Shown in pieces: positions 11,011 to 18,839 of a stretch of 32,971 bases of DNA. The stretch comes from Candidatus Parcubacteria bacterium. Lineage in GTDB: Bacteria; Patescibacteriota; Minisyncoccia; Phycocordibacterales; PALSA-1337. The stretch lies in assembly GCA_034666165.1 (NCBI GenBank), contig JAXDMJ010000015.1, positions 1-32,971 of the forward strand, read 5' to 3'. The translations under genes were made by a program, and so were the position numbers. The number at the start of each line of letters is the position of its first letter. The first letter of the stretch is position 1. The notes under the pieces were generated by a model that was given only the letters and a program-made list of their open reading frames with translations, searched no databases and was not told the origin of the DNA.

Positions 11011-11598
11011 TTACTGTTCGAGCACCTTGAAGCGGGCGAAGCGCCCGATGGCGATCTTCTCGCCGAACTTGAGCACCGCCTGATCAATCAAGTCCTGAAT
11101 GGTCAAGTTCCCGTTCTTGATGAACGGCTGGTCGGAAAGCACCATCTCCGAAAAATAGGCATTGAGCTTTCCGTTCAAAATCTCCCGTTTGACGGCTTCC
11201 GGCTTGCCCTTGACCTCTGTTTCAAAGACATCGCGGGCCGTTTTCTTGTCGGCTTCTTTGATGTCCTCTTTGCGCAGGAACGTCGGATTGGTGGCGGTTA
11301 CGTGCATCGCGATGTCGCGCGCCAAAGCCTTGAACTCGTCGTTATTGGCTACAAAGTCCGTCTCCGAGAGCATCTCTATTATAGCACCGACCGTGCCGTT
11401 CGAGTGTATATAGGCCTGAATAGTGCCGGCTCTGAACATGCGGTCGCCTTTTTTCGAGGCGAATTCGCCGCTTTTCTTGCGCAAAATGACCAGCGCCTTG
11501 TCCATGTCGCCCTTGGCTTCTTCCAGAGCTTTTTTGCACTGCATGATGGAGACTCCCGTCAGATCGCGGAGCGCTTTGATTTGTTCGGTGGTGATCAT
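11011..11598 (-). CDS. tsf: Translation elongation factor Ts (short form)
   Basis: IKALRDLTGVSIMQCKKAL, ETDFVA, IAMHVTA, FGEKIAIGRFARF; start set at MITTEQ (ATG 11598). Confidence 0.95.
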   Translation of the reverse strand: MITTEQIKALRDLTGVSIMQCKKALEEAKGDMDKALVILRKKSGEFASKKGDRMFRAGTIQAYIHSNGTVGAIIEMLSETDFVANNDEFKALARDIAMHVTATNPTFLRKEDIKEADKKTARDVFETEVKGKPEAVKREILNGKLNAYFSEMVLSDQPFIKNGNLTIQDLIDQAVLKFGEKIAIGRFARFKVLEQ

Positions 11599-11748
11599 GG
11601 TATTTCCGGAGTTGCTGCTCCTTGCCGAGAGCATCATCTCAGGCTGCCGCGGCAAGAAATCATGTGGTTTGCTTTGGTTAATGGGGTTCGTCTCCTGTTT
11701 CTTCGCTCGGTCCGACTTGAAAAAAAATGGTCCGATCATGTTGATGCA

Positions 11749-12456
11749 TTACATGCCGCTCTCCGATTTGCCGGCGCTTTTGCCTGCCTGATAGGTTTTA
11801 GCGATCTCGTCGACGAAAAATTGGATGCTCCCTTTCGAGCCGTCATTGCCAACGATCGGATAGGTGACTTCGGCAATATTACAATCCGAGCCGGCCAACG
11901 CTATGATCGGAATATTGAAATCAGCCGCTTCTTTGACCGCGCCTTTCTCATGGCGGGGATCGACGACGAAGAGGGCGTCTGGACCTTTCTTGAGCGAGAC
12001 GATGCCCAGAAACATCTTTTCGAGCGAAGCGACCTCTTTGTCTATGAGCATGCGCTCGCGCTTGGTATACTTCGCCAATTCGCCTTTTTCTCGGTCCGAA
12101 ACCAGCTTCTCGTAACGGTCAATGCGCTTGCGCATCTGTCCGAAGTTAGTGATCGTGCCGCCGATCCAGCGTCCATCCACGTACGGCATGTTCAGTGACA
12201 AAGCGGCGTTTTTGACGGCGGTCGAGGCTTCTTTCTTTCCGCCCACGAACAATATGATCTTTCCCTCGTTAGCCAGAGTGGTCACGAACTCTTTGGCCTT
12301 TTCGAGCAAATTTTCGGTCTTCTCGAGATCAAAGATATCGGTATTGTTTTTTGTCCCGAATATGTAGGGCGAAACCGTTGGGTGCCGGCGCGAGCGCCCC
12401 AATCCAAAATGCGCTCCGGCGTTGAACATCGTCCCGATAGTCTTTTTGGTATCCAT
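11749..12456 (-). CDS. rpsB: 30S ribosomal protein S2
   Basis: AGAHFG, IFDLEKT, ILFVGGK, RWIGGTITNF, PDALFVVDP..E..AVKEA, YPIVGND; start ATG 12456. Confidence 0.96.
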   Translation of the reverse strand: MDTKKTIGTMFNAGAHFGLGRSRRHPTVSPYIFGTKNNTDIFDLEKTENLLEKAKEFVTTLANEGKIILFVGGKKEASTAVKNAALSLNMPYVDGRWIGGTITNFGQMRKRIDRYEKLVSDREKGELAKYTKRERMLIDKEVASLEKMFLGIVSLKKGPDALFVVDPRHEKGAVKEAADFNIPIIALAGSDCNIAEVTYPIVGNDGSKGSIQFFVDEIAKTYQAGKSAGKSESGM

Positions 12457-12466
12457 AGACTGATAC

Positions 12467-12495
12467 AAGCTATCAAAAGCCCCGGTCCAAGTCAA
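12467..12495 (-). promoter_or_regulatory. rpsB-tsf promoter
   Basis: TTGACT-17nt-TAGCTT (with extended TG), 10 nt from the ATG. Confidence 0.55.
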
Positions 12496-12542
12496 CCACA
12501 TTTTAGCCCGTTTTCCGCTTGCTACCCCGCCCCATGTGTAGC

Positions 12543-12570
12543 TTGCTATTTCTCTGATTTTCCGTATACT
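12543..12570 (+). promoter_or_regulatory. Response regulator promoter (leaderless)
   Basis: TTGCTA-16nt-TATACT, 6 nt before ATG 12577. Confidence 0.6.
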
Positions 12571-12576
12571 TCGGCC

Positions 12577-13266
12577 ATGAAATTGCTTATCGTCGAGGAC
12601 GACAAAATTGTCGCCCAAATGCTCAAGAACGGCTTGAATTCAAGGGATCATACCGTAGAAGTCGCTGATGACGGGGCCGACGGGTCGTTCATGGGCCGAA
12701 GCTTCGATTATGACGCAATCGTGCTCGATTACGACTTGCCGCGAAAGAATGGCCTGACCGTTTGCAAGGAAGTCAGGACGTCGGGCCGGGCAACGCCCAT
12801 TGTCTTTCTTTCCTCGAATGACGACGCTGAACTCAAAGTCAGGGCCCTGGACCAAGGCGCGGATGATTATATCACCAAGCCATTTGCGCTGAATGAGCTC
12901 TTTGCCCGCCTGCAAGCGGTCACCCGGCGGCCGCCCGCAATCAAAGACTCCGTTCTCTCGGTGTCCGATATTATTTTGGACACTGACCGACACATCGTCG
13001 AACGCGGCGGCCGCCGGATCCATCTGACTCGCAAAGAATTCAACCTGCTTGAGTATCTGATGAAAAATATCGGCTTCGTCCTGTCGCGAGCTCTTCTCTT
13101 GGAGCACGTCTGGACATCCGACAGCAATCCTTTTTCGAATACGGTCGAGGCTCACATCCGAAATGTCAGAAAGAAGCTCAATGCCGGCGGACGGCCCAAT
13201 TTGATCGGCAATATTCCCGGCCGCGGCTATGTCGTAGACACGCCTCAAAATCTGGCCAAACTGTAA
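12577..13266 (+). CDS. OmpR/PhoB-family response regulator
   Basis: Receiver domain MKLLIVEDD...LD..LP..NG...GADDYITKPF; winged helix LTRKEFNLL, NTVEAHIRNVRKKL, GRGY. Confidence 0.95.
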   Translation: MKLLIVEDDKIVAQMLKNGLNSRDHTVEVADDGADGSFMGRSFDYDAIVLDYDLPRKNGLTVCKEVRTSGRATPIVFLSSNDDAELKVRALDQGADDYITKPFALNELFARLQAVTRRPPAIKDSVLSVSDIILDTDRHIVERGGRRIHLTRKEFNLLEYLMKNIGFVLSRALLLEHVWTSDSNPFSNTVEAHIRNVRKKLNAGGRPNLIGNIPGRGYVVDTPQNLAKL

Positions 13267-13498
13267 AAAATTTCATCTTTCGTCAGAATTTAAAGTTATT
13301 TAATCAGGACTTGATATGGTCCTGCTATGATTCGCCAGCTATGAGTCGAGTAGCGTTTACGAGTCTAACCACATCAATATGATGCGCGCATCTTCCCCTG
13401 TCCGGGATATACTTTCCGGTCTATGTGCGTCAGGTTACCCCAAGCTCCGGGACGGCTGATAAATGAGTTTTTTCACACTGCAGGCGCGTGAAGAAACT

Positions 13499-13540
13499 GC
13501 CGCCGTACTCTTTTGGACTGCGTCCAAGGGGCACGGCGGT
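13499..13540 (+). terminator. Long hairpin, possible terminator
   Basis: CCGCCGT/ACGGCGG outer and TTGGAC/GTCCAA inner stems followed by TTCTGTATTT. Confidence 0.5.
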
Positions 13541-13565
13541 TCTGTATTTGCTATAATTCGTCCAT

Positions 13566-13778
13566 ATGGATCCAACTGTCGAAAAAGAGCTGCGCGAGCA
13601 ACGGGTCATGATCGAAAAAATCTATGTTTCGGTCGAAAAAACCCGCAAATATTATCTCTGGACGATGATCGGAACGATCATAGTTTTCGTTCTGCCGCTC
13701 ATCATTCTGGCCTTCGCTCTTCCGTCATTCATCAATACATATTCCTCGTATCTTGGGGGCAGCGGCCTCGGCCTATAG
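13566..13778 (+). CDS. Small membrane protein (charged helix plus TM)
   Basis: 70 aa, charged N-terminus then long hydrophobic stretch; TGcTATAAT 8 nt upstream. Confidence 0.8.
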   Translation: MDPTVEKELREQRVMIEKIYVSVEKTRKYYLWTMIGTIIVFVLPLIILAFALPSFINTYSSYLGGSGLGL

Positions 13779-13800
13779 GCGGCTCCGATCAAAGGGCCGA

Positions 13801-14709
13801 TTAATTGAAAAGGATCGCTTTGAGCGCGCTCGGGACGTCTTGGCTCGGCCAATGCATATTCATGTCAGACGGGCTGATCCCGTAATTAAGAGAATTGACC
13901 TCGAATATGCCCGAGCTTGCGCCGCTCGCAAAAGCCTGGAAGCGGGCAGTGAAGGTCTTTGTCTGTGCGGGACCGACATAAAAGTAATCGGATCCATCGC
14001 CGTTCCCGTCGCTGTCGGAGAAATCTTGGCTGGTAATCGTGAAGCCATTGGGATTGGCCGAGGTGCTTAAGGCCACGGCCGGATCCTTCGAGACGTAGAT
14101 GGCATTATTGCCGGCAGTCAGAGCATAGGTGAAAGAGAATGCCTGCGTGCAGGATGAGAGATCGCCCGTGCAAGACTTCGATCCGTATGTCGTCGACAGA
14201 GCCGAGATTCCCATTGGGGTAGCGAGTACAGATGGCGCGAGCGGCGCGATGGTCACGGGCACCTGCGCTGGAGTCTGGATCGGAACAAAACAAATTTGAT
14301 ATTTCTGGCTCATGCGGTATTTAGCGACGGCGGCGGCGGTCTGATTGCCATAATATCCACGCGCGGCCTTGCCCGATGAGATAGCCGGTATGTCGAAACC
14401 GTTCCCTACAAGCCAAACCTGAAGATCAGAAACGGTTGTGCCAGTGCCGCCGATCTGAAGATCCGCTGGCAGAGCGTAACACGAACTGGGCGCATTTCTG
14501 GGAAACGGCGCGGCGCTCGAGACATTGGCATTGATCGGCGTGCAGGTATATCCGACCGGACAGCCCGGCACGGCAACGATCGGCGCGCAAATAAATCCCG
14601 GCGGACAATTGACAGCCTCGGCCAGCGCTCGGCCAGGCGACACGGAAATTGCCGCGATCAGCAACAGGAGCGCAGATAGTATAACGAAAGACATGCTTGA
14701 TTTATACAT
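13801..14709 (-). CDS. Secreted protein with Cys-Pro repeats and peptidoglycan-binding-like domain
   Basis: Signal peptide; CPPGFICAP/CPVGYTCTP; LQIGGTGTTVSDLQVWL...GYYGNQTAAAVAKY; Ser/Thr-rich C-terminal beta domain. Confidence 0.75.
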   Translation of the reverse strand: MYKSSMSFVILSALLLLIAAISVSPGRALAEAVNCPPGFICAPIVAVPGCPVGYTCTPINANVSSAAPFPRNAPSSCYALPADLQIGGTGTTVSDLQVWLVGNGFDIPAISSGKAARGYYGNQTAAAVAKYRMSQKYQICFVPIQTPAQVPVTIAPLAPSVLATPMGISALSTTYGSKSCTGDLSSCTQAFSFTYALTAGNNAIYVSKDPAVALSTSANPNGFTITSQDFSDSDGNGDGSDYFYVGPAQTKTFTARFQAFASGASSGIFEVNSLNYGISPSDMNMHWPSQDVPSALKAILFN

Positions 14710-14739
14710 ATTAAATTTATGTTATCACACTCCAATATG

Positions 14740-14812
14740 TGCCGAGGACCAGGATCGAACTGGTGACCCTTCCCTCTTCAGGGGAATGCTCTACCAACTG
14801 AGCTACCTCGGC
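14740..14812 (-). tRNA. tRNA-Phe(GAA)
   Basis: GCCGAGG/CCTCGGC acceptor, TTCCC-CTGAAGA-GGGAA anticodon arm, TTCGA T-loop; CCA not encoded. Confidence 0.96.
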
Positions 14813-14831
14813 GTTTATTTGTTTCAAGATT

Positions 14832-15077
14832 CTATTTTCTCAAATTGCCGATCTGCTGAATGGCATTCTGCCCTTGACTGATGATGCCGGTCGCCGCCAG
14901 CAAATATGGCTGGAGCGCATAATAAGCGCCTAAACCGAGACCGATGATGATCAGCCAATAACAGACCTTGAAAATCGCCGACCAGCGGCTGTTGCGGCGC
15001 AACTTGCGTAAAATAACGTTATTCTCTTCGGCCAGAGCGTGCGTGCGCTCCAGCAATGATTTCTCTTCAGGCGTCAC
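14832..15077 (-). CDS. Small membrane protein (coiled-coil plus TM)
   Basis: 81 aa, GTG start 6 nt after TGgTATAGT; EENN..LRKLRR followed by a hydrophobic helix. Confidence 0.8.
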   Translation of the reverse strand: MTPEEKSLLERTHALAEENNVILRKLRRNSRWSAIFKVCYWLIIIGLGLGAYYALQPYLLAATGIISQGQNAIQQIGNLRK

Positions 15078-15136
15078 AGAAATACTATACCAGATTTATT
15101 TTGGGTCAGGAAGTATGATAGGCTGAACTCGCGAAT

Positions 15137-15208
15137 GCCCCCGTAGTTCAACGGATAGAACAGTTCCGTCCTAAGGAATAGATGTAGGTTCAATTCCTGC
15201 CGGGGGCA
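15137..15208 (+). tRNA. tRNA-Arg(CCU)
   Basis: GCCCCCG/CGGGGGC acceptor, A20 in D-loop, GTTCC-GTCCTAA-GGAAT anticodon arm, TTCAA T-loop. Confidence 0.93.
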
Positions 15209-15211
15209 CAG

Positions 15212-16210
15212 TCACAGTTGGCGGTTTTCCTGCCTTGCCAGTTCAGTTTTTTCGAATTCATGCAGAGCCTCGATGATCGGCGCGATCTTGCCCGCCATTA
15301 TAGTCGGGATATTGTGCCACGATTTCTTGAGGCGGTGGTCGGTCACGCGGTCTTGCGGGAAATTATAGGTGCGGATCTTTTCCGAGCGGTCGCCGGTGCC
15401 GATCTGGTTCTTGCGGTTGGCTGAGAACTTCTTGGCTTCTTCTTCCTCTTTGAGGGCTTCCAACTTGGCCGTTAGGATCGTGAGGGCGCGCTCGCGATTG
15501 GCCGACTGGCTGCGTTCGGCGGTCGAACGGACGTCGAGGCCGCTCGGCTTATGGATGATTCGCACGGCGGTCTCCACTTTGTTGACGTTTTGGCCGCCTT
15601 TGCCTCCGGCGCGGGAAAATTCTACTTCTAAGTCAGCCGGGCTTATGATGATCTTGGATTTGCTGCGGATGGGCATGATAGCGACTGAAGCCGTCGATGT
15701 ATGGATGCGCCCCGATTTTTCAGTTTCAGGGACTCGCTGGACGCGATGCACGCCGGTTTCGCCGCGCAAGTCGTCATACGCGCCCTTCCCTTTTATGGCC
15801 ATCGAGGCTTCTTTGTATCCGCCAACGTCATTTTTTGATTCGTCAATGATATTAGTACCCCAACCTTTGGTCGCCGCATAGGCCTTGTACATTTCGAGCA
15901 GCTCCGAGGCAAAAAGTGCCGCTTCGTCTCCCCCGGCGCCGGCCCGGACTTCGAGGATCACTTCGTGTGGGACATTCGATCCAGCATCTTCATCTTTTTC
16001 CGCTTCCGTAGCCGTCAGAATCGCTTGCATCTGGTCTCCAAGCGCTTTTTTCTGTTCAAGGATCGAATTCAAATCGGAAAGCGCCATCTCTTTTAATGAA
16101 GGCTCTTTCTCAGCCATAGCCCGCGTCTCCGCCTCATCCTTCAGCAGTTTTTCATAAGCCTCGACTAGAAAAGCCGTGCGGGGATTCTTTTTATAGGTTT
16201 TGAGATTCAT
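15212..16210 (-). CDS. prfA: Peptide chain release factor 1
   Basis: [11 protein letters not shown], PxT specificity motif (QRVPETE), [28 protein letters not shown]. Confidence 0.95.
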   Translation of the reverse strand: MNLKTYKKNPRTAFLVEAYEKLLKDEAETRAMAEKEPSLKEMALSDLNSILEQKKALGDQMQAILTATEAEKDEDAGSNVPHEVILEVRAGAGGDEAALFASELLEMYKAYAATKGWGTNIIDESKNDVGGYKEASMAIKGKGAYDDLRGETGVHRVQRVPETEKSGRIHTSTASVAIMPIRSKSKIIISPADLEVEFSRAGGKGGQNVNKVETAVRIIHKPSGLDVRSTAERSQSANRERALTILTAKLEALKEEEEAKKFSANRKNQIGTGDRSEKIRTYNFPQDRVTDHRLKKSWHNIPTIMAGKIAPIIEALHEFEKTELARQENRQL

Positions 16211-16527
16211 TATTCTCCCTCCTTGGGCCCGTTCATTTCAGCGACTTTGTCTTGCGCCAAAGGTTTGACTGGTTTGGTCTTTGCTTTAGATTGACGGGTC
16301 TTGAATTTTTCCACGCGTCCGGCCGTGTCTATGGTTTTCTCCTGATTCGTGTAAAAAGGGTGCGAGGCGCTCGAGATTTCGATATGGTGCGCGGGATATT
16401 CTTTGCCGTCGGTCCATTTTTCCGCCGTTTTGGTCTCGATCGTCGAGGGGATCAAAAATTTGGCGCCACTGCCGTTGTCGACGAAAATCACCGGCCGGTA
16501 GTTTTTCGGATGTATCTCTTTTTTCAT
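16210..16527 (-). CDS. rpmE: 50S ribosomal protein L31, type B (Cys-free)
   Basis: [36 protein letters not shown]; TAATG overlap with prfA; start ATG 16527. Confidence 0.95.
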   Translation of the reverse strand: MKKEIHPKNYRPVIFVDNGSGAKFLIPSTIETKTAEKWTDGKEYPAHHIEISSASHPFYTNQEKTIDTAGRVEKFKTRQSKAKTKPVKPLAQDKVAEMNGPKEGE

Positions 16528-16674
16528 ACATGCCACGTTAGCACAAAATCCCCATCGAGGCAACATTAAGGTGCTGCGTTCTGGCTTTATTGGCTTGGCT
16601 TCGCGATGATCTGACTTTCCGCTGTCGAGAAGGGTCCGCTCATCACCAAGCCCGCATGCTATAATATTCTAAAT

Positions 16675-17844
16675 ATGGCCACACCAAAGTTCCGCCGCGC
16701 GCATATCATTTACACCATCGCGGTCATCGGCTTCATCTACATCCTGCATTCGGTCATACCGCTTTATTCAAATTCGAGCTTTCTCGCACTCTTTGCCGAC
16801 GAACGGACGATCGGCTTTATCTATATGGCCGGGGCCGCCATCTCGATCTTCTTCTATTTGATAGCGCCCGCAATCATTCGCCGCCTGGGAAATTATACGT
16901 TCACTCTGATCGTCGTCTGTCTCCAGATCGCTGCCTTTTACGGCCTCGTGGCAGCCGACTCACCGCAGGTCTTGTCCTATGTCTTCATCCTTCAATTCGG
17001 CTTGAGCTCTTTGATCGGCTTGGCCTTGGACATATTTCTCGAAGGCTATACCGACGTCGCCTCTATTGGAACCGTCCGCGGCTTCTATAACGCCACTTTG
17101 AACGCGTCTTTCGTCGTCGCGCCCTTGATCGGCACGATGCTGATCGGCGTCGACAATTACCGCAATACCTATGTGGCCGCACTAGCCATGCTTTTTCCTT
17201 TGCTCTATCTCATTTACCGGAACTTTCCGCGGTTCCATGATGAGAACTACACGCATCTCTCGCCGTGGCACCTGATCAAGCACGTCTATCGCAACGAGAA
17301 CTGGGTCAAGCTGATGTTTGCCAGCCTGATCCTGCAAACGTTCTATTCCTGGATGATCGTCTACAGTCCGATATACCTGAACAGGAATCTCGGTTTCAGC
17401 TGGCAAGAGATCGGCATCATCATCGTCGTCATGCTCCTGCCTTTCCCGCTCGTCCAGTACCCGCTCGGCAAAATGGCCGACAAGAAATACGGCGAAAAAG
17501 AGATCATGGCCATCGGCTTGGCGATCATGGGAGTATCCACCATCGCTTTGTCGTTCTTCACCATTCAAAGCGTGCTGGTCTGGGCACTCTTGCTTTTTAC
17601 GACACGGATCGGAGCGGCCGCCGCCGAAATCATGATCGAGACTTATTTTTTCAAAACCGTGCCGCCTCGCGACGCGGCCGTGCTCGGCATTTTCCGCATC
17701 ACCCGGCCGCTTTCATACTTCATCGCTCCCATGATCACGCTTATCGGACTATTCTTTACGACGGATCGATATCTGTTCATCATAGTCGGATTAGTCTGCT
17801 TCATCGGTCTCATTCCCGCCCTCTCCATCAGAGACACTAACTGA
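16675..17844 (+). CDS. MFS transporter
   Basis: About 12 hydrophobic segments; motif-A-like IIRRLG and GKMADKKYGEK. Confidence 0.9.
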   Translation: MATPKFRRAHIIYTIAVIGFIYILHSVIPLYSNSSFLALFADERTIGFIYMAGAAISIFFYLIAPAIIRRLGNYTFTLIVVCLQIAAFYGLVAADSPQVLSYVFILQFGLSSLIGLALDIFLEGYTDVASIGTVRGFYNATLNASFVVAPLIGTMLIGVDNYRNTYVAALAMLFPLLYLIYRNFPRFHDENYTHLSPWHLIKHVYRNENWVKLMFASLILQTFYSWMIVYSPIYLNRNLGFSWQEIGIIIVVMLLPFPLVQYPLGKMADKKYGEKEIMAIGLAIMGVSTIALSFFTIQSVLVWALLLFTTRIGAAAAEIMIETYFFKTVPPRDAAVLGIFRITRPLSYFIAPMITLIGLFFTTDRYLFIIVGLVCFIGLIPALSIRDTN

Positions 17845-17847
17845 AGA

Positions 17848-18468
17848 TCAATTCGTCGGCTTCGACACAGCGGCATCCTTATCCGCCATCGCTTCGGTCT
17901 TGACGATCTGCACGGCGATCCGACGCTGTAAAAATTCACGGATGTCGGCGGCTTTCTGCCAGTCGATCGGCGAGAGGATGACTTCCGTCTCGTTCTCCTC
18001 GCCCGGTTCCTCGTGTCCGGCGCTGTCGATCACCAGCCGGCTGGTACCTAGCAGCCTGTAAAGCAGGGTGCGTTGGACATTGATGTCCTGCATCTGGCGG
18101 TACGGAATGGTCACTTCCCTCCTGTATATGATGCCGCGCCGGAGCCGCAGGCTGAATTCCTGGAGCGTAAACGTGAAGCAATAATATTCGAGGATGGTGA
18201 AGACGGAAACGCCGAAGATCAAGAGGACCGAGACGGCAAAGAGGCTGTCGATGGCAAAAGAGATGTATTCAGAGACGCTTTCGATCGCAGCTTGCTGCTC
18301 GACCGGGTCGAGGTTGAAAAGCCTCAAGGCGCCGATAACGATAGCGTCATGGGCCATGGCGATCAAGAAAGCGACGACAAAGAGAGCCAGGGCGGCCAAG
18401 AGACGGCCGAGGATCATGACCACGAAGCCTCTGTTCCCAAGGTGCTGTTCGCTTTGGAGGGCGATCAT
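17848..18468 (-). CDS. Bacterial PH-domain (bPH_2/YdbS-like) membrane protein
   Basis: Two TM helices then RRGIIYRREVTIPYRQMQDINVQRTLLYRLLG..RLVIDSAG; start ATG 18468. Confidence 0.85.
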   Translation of the reverse strand: MIALQSEQHLGNRGFVVMILGRLLAALALFVVAFLIAMAHDAIVIGALRLFNLDPVEQQAAIESVSEYISFAIDSLFAVSVLLIFGVSVFTILEYYCFTFTLQEFSLRLRRGIIYRREVTIPYRQMQDINVQRTLLYRLLGTSRLVIDSAGHEEPGEENETEVILSPIDWQKAADIREFLQRRIAVQIVKTEAMADKDAAVSKPTN

Positions 18469-18605
18469 GGCCAAATTATAGCACGCAGACGGATGAGGTG
18501 GCACGTTTGCCGTTTCAAAACTTTAAATCCCATGTTATAGAATATAATCCCCAGCGAAATACGTGATATTCACAGTTTGTCCACAAGCTTTTCCCCGAAT
18601 GTCAT

Positions 18606-18633
18606 TTGACTTTTTTCGGCATGAATCTAAAAT
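18606..18633 (+). promoter_or_regulatory. Sigma70 promoter of candidate ncRNA
   Basis: TTGACT-16nt-TAAAAT with no plus-strand gene downstream. Confidence 0.65.
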
Positions 18634-18640
18634 GATATCA

Positions 18641-18776
18641 GGTTCACTTACAGGAGAGGATCCTTAACTAATCAATACGGTTGTCCACAAATACCCTACT
18701 CTGACCTCGTGTCTAGAGTCGCGGCTCAGGACACCACCTTACATTTTTCGGAATCCATCTCCTCGTAGCAGTGACC
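18641..18776 (+). ncRNA. Candidate 6S-like RNA
   Basis: 5' and 3' ends pair (GGTTCACT..TAC-AGGAGA-GGATCC with GGAATCC-A-TCTCCT-C-GTA..AGTGACC), symmetric 15/14-nt A/U/C-rich bubble, inner stem GGTTGTCC/GGACACC and apical hairpin; own promoter and terminator. Confidence 0.6.
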
Positions 18777-18785
18777 AATTATGGT

Positions 18786-18813
18786 ACAGCAACCCGCTTC
18801 GGCGGGTTGTTGT
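18786..18813. terminator. Strong hairpin terminator (probably bidirectional)
   Basis: ACAGCAACCCGC-TTCG-GCGGGTTGTTGT, UUCG tetraloop. Confidence 0.8.
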
Positions 18814-18839
18814 GCATCTCGGCTACTTACTACGGGCGC

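Noticed and set aside
12382-12618. Mutually overlapping N-terminal extensions of rpsB and the response regulator in the ORF track
   Set aside because: Homology begins at ATG 12456 and ATG 12577, each preceded by its own promoter; the extensions are start-calling artefacts.
13463-13804. 113-aa ORF overlapping the 70-aa membrane protein
   Set aside because: Runs through a hairpin and the promoter of the 13566 ORF; the shorter ORF has the better protein-like pattern.
18541-18700. Replication origin (oriC)
   Set aside because: Boxes are mostly degenerate, dnaA/dnaN are not nearby, and the region is better explained by a promoter-RNA-terminator unit; cannot be fully excluded without GC skew.
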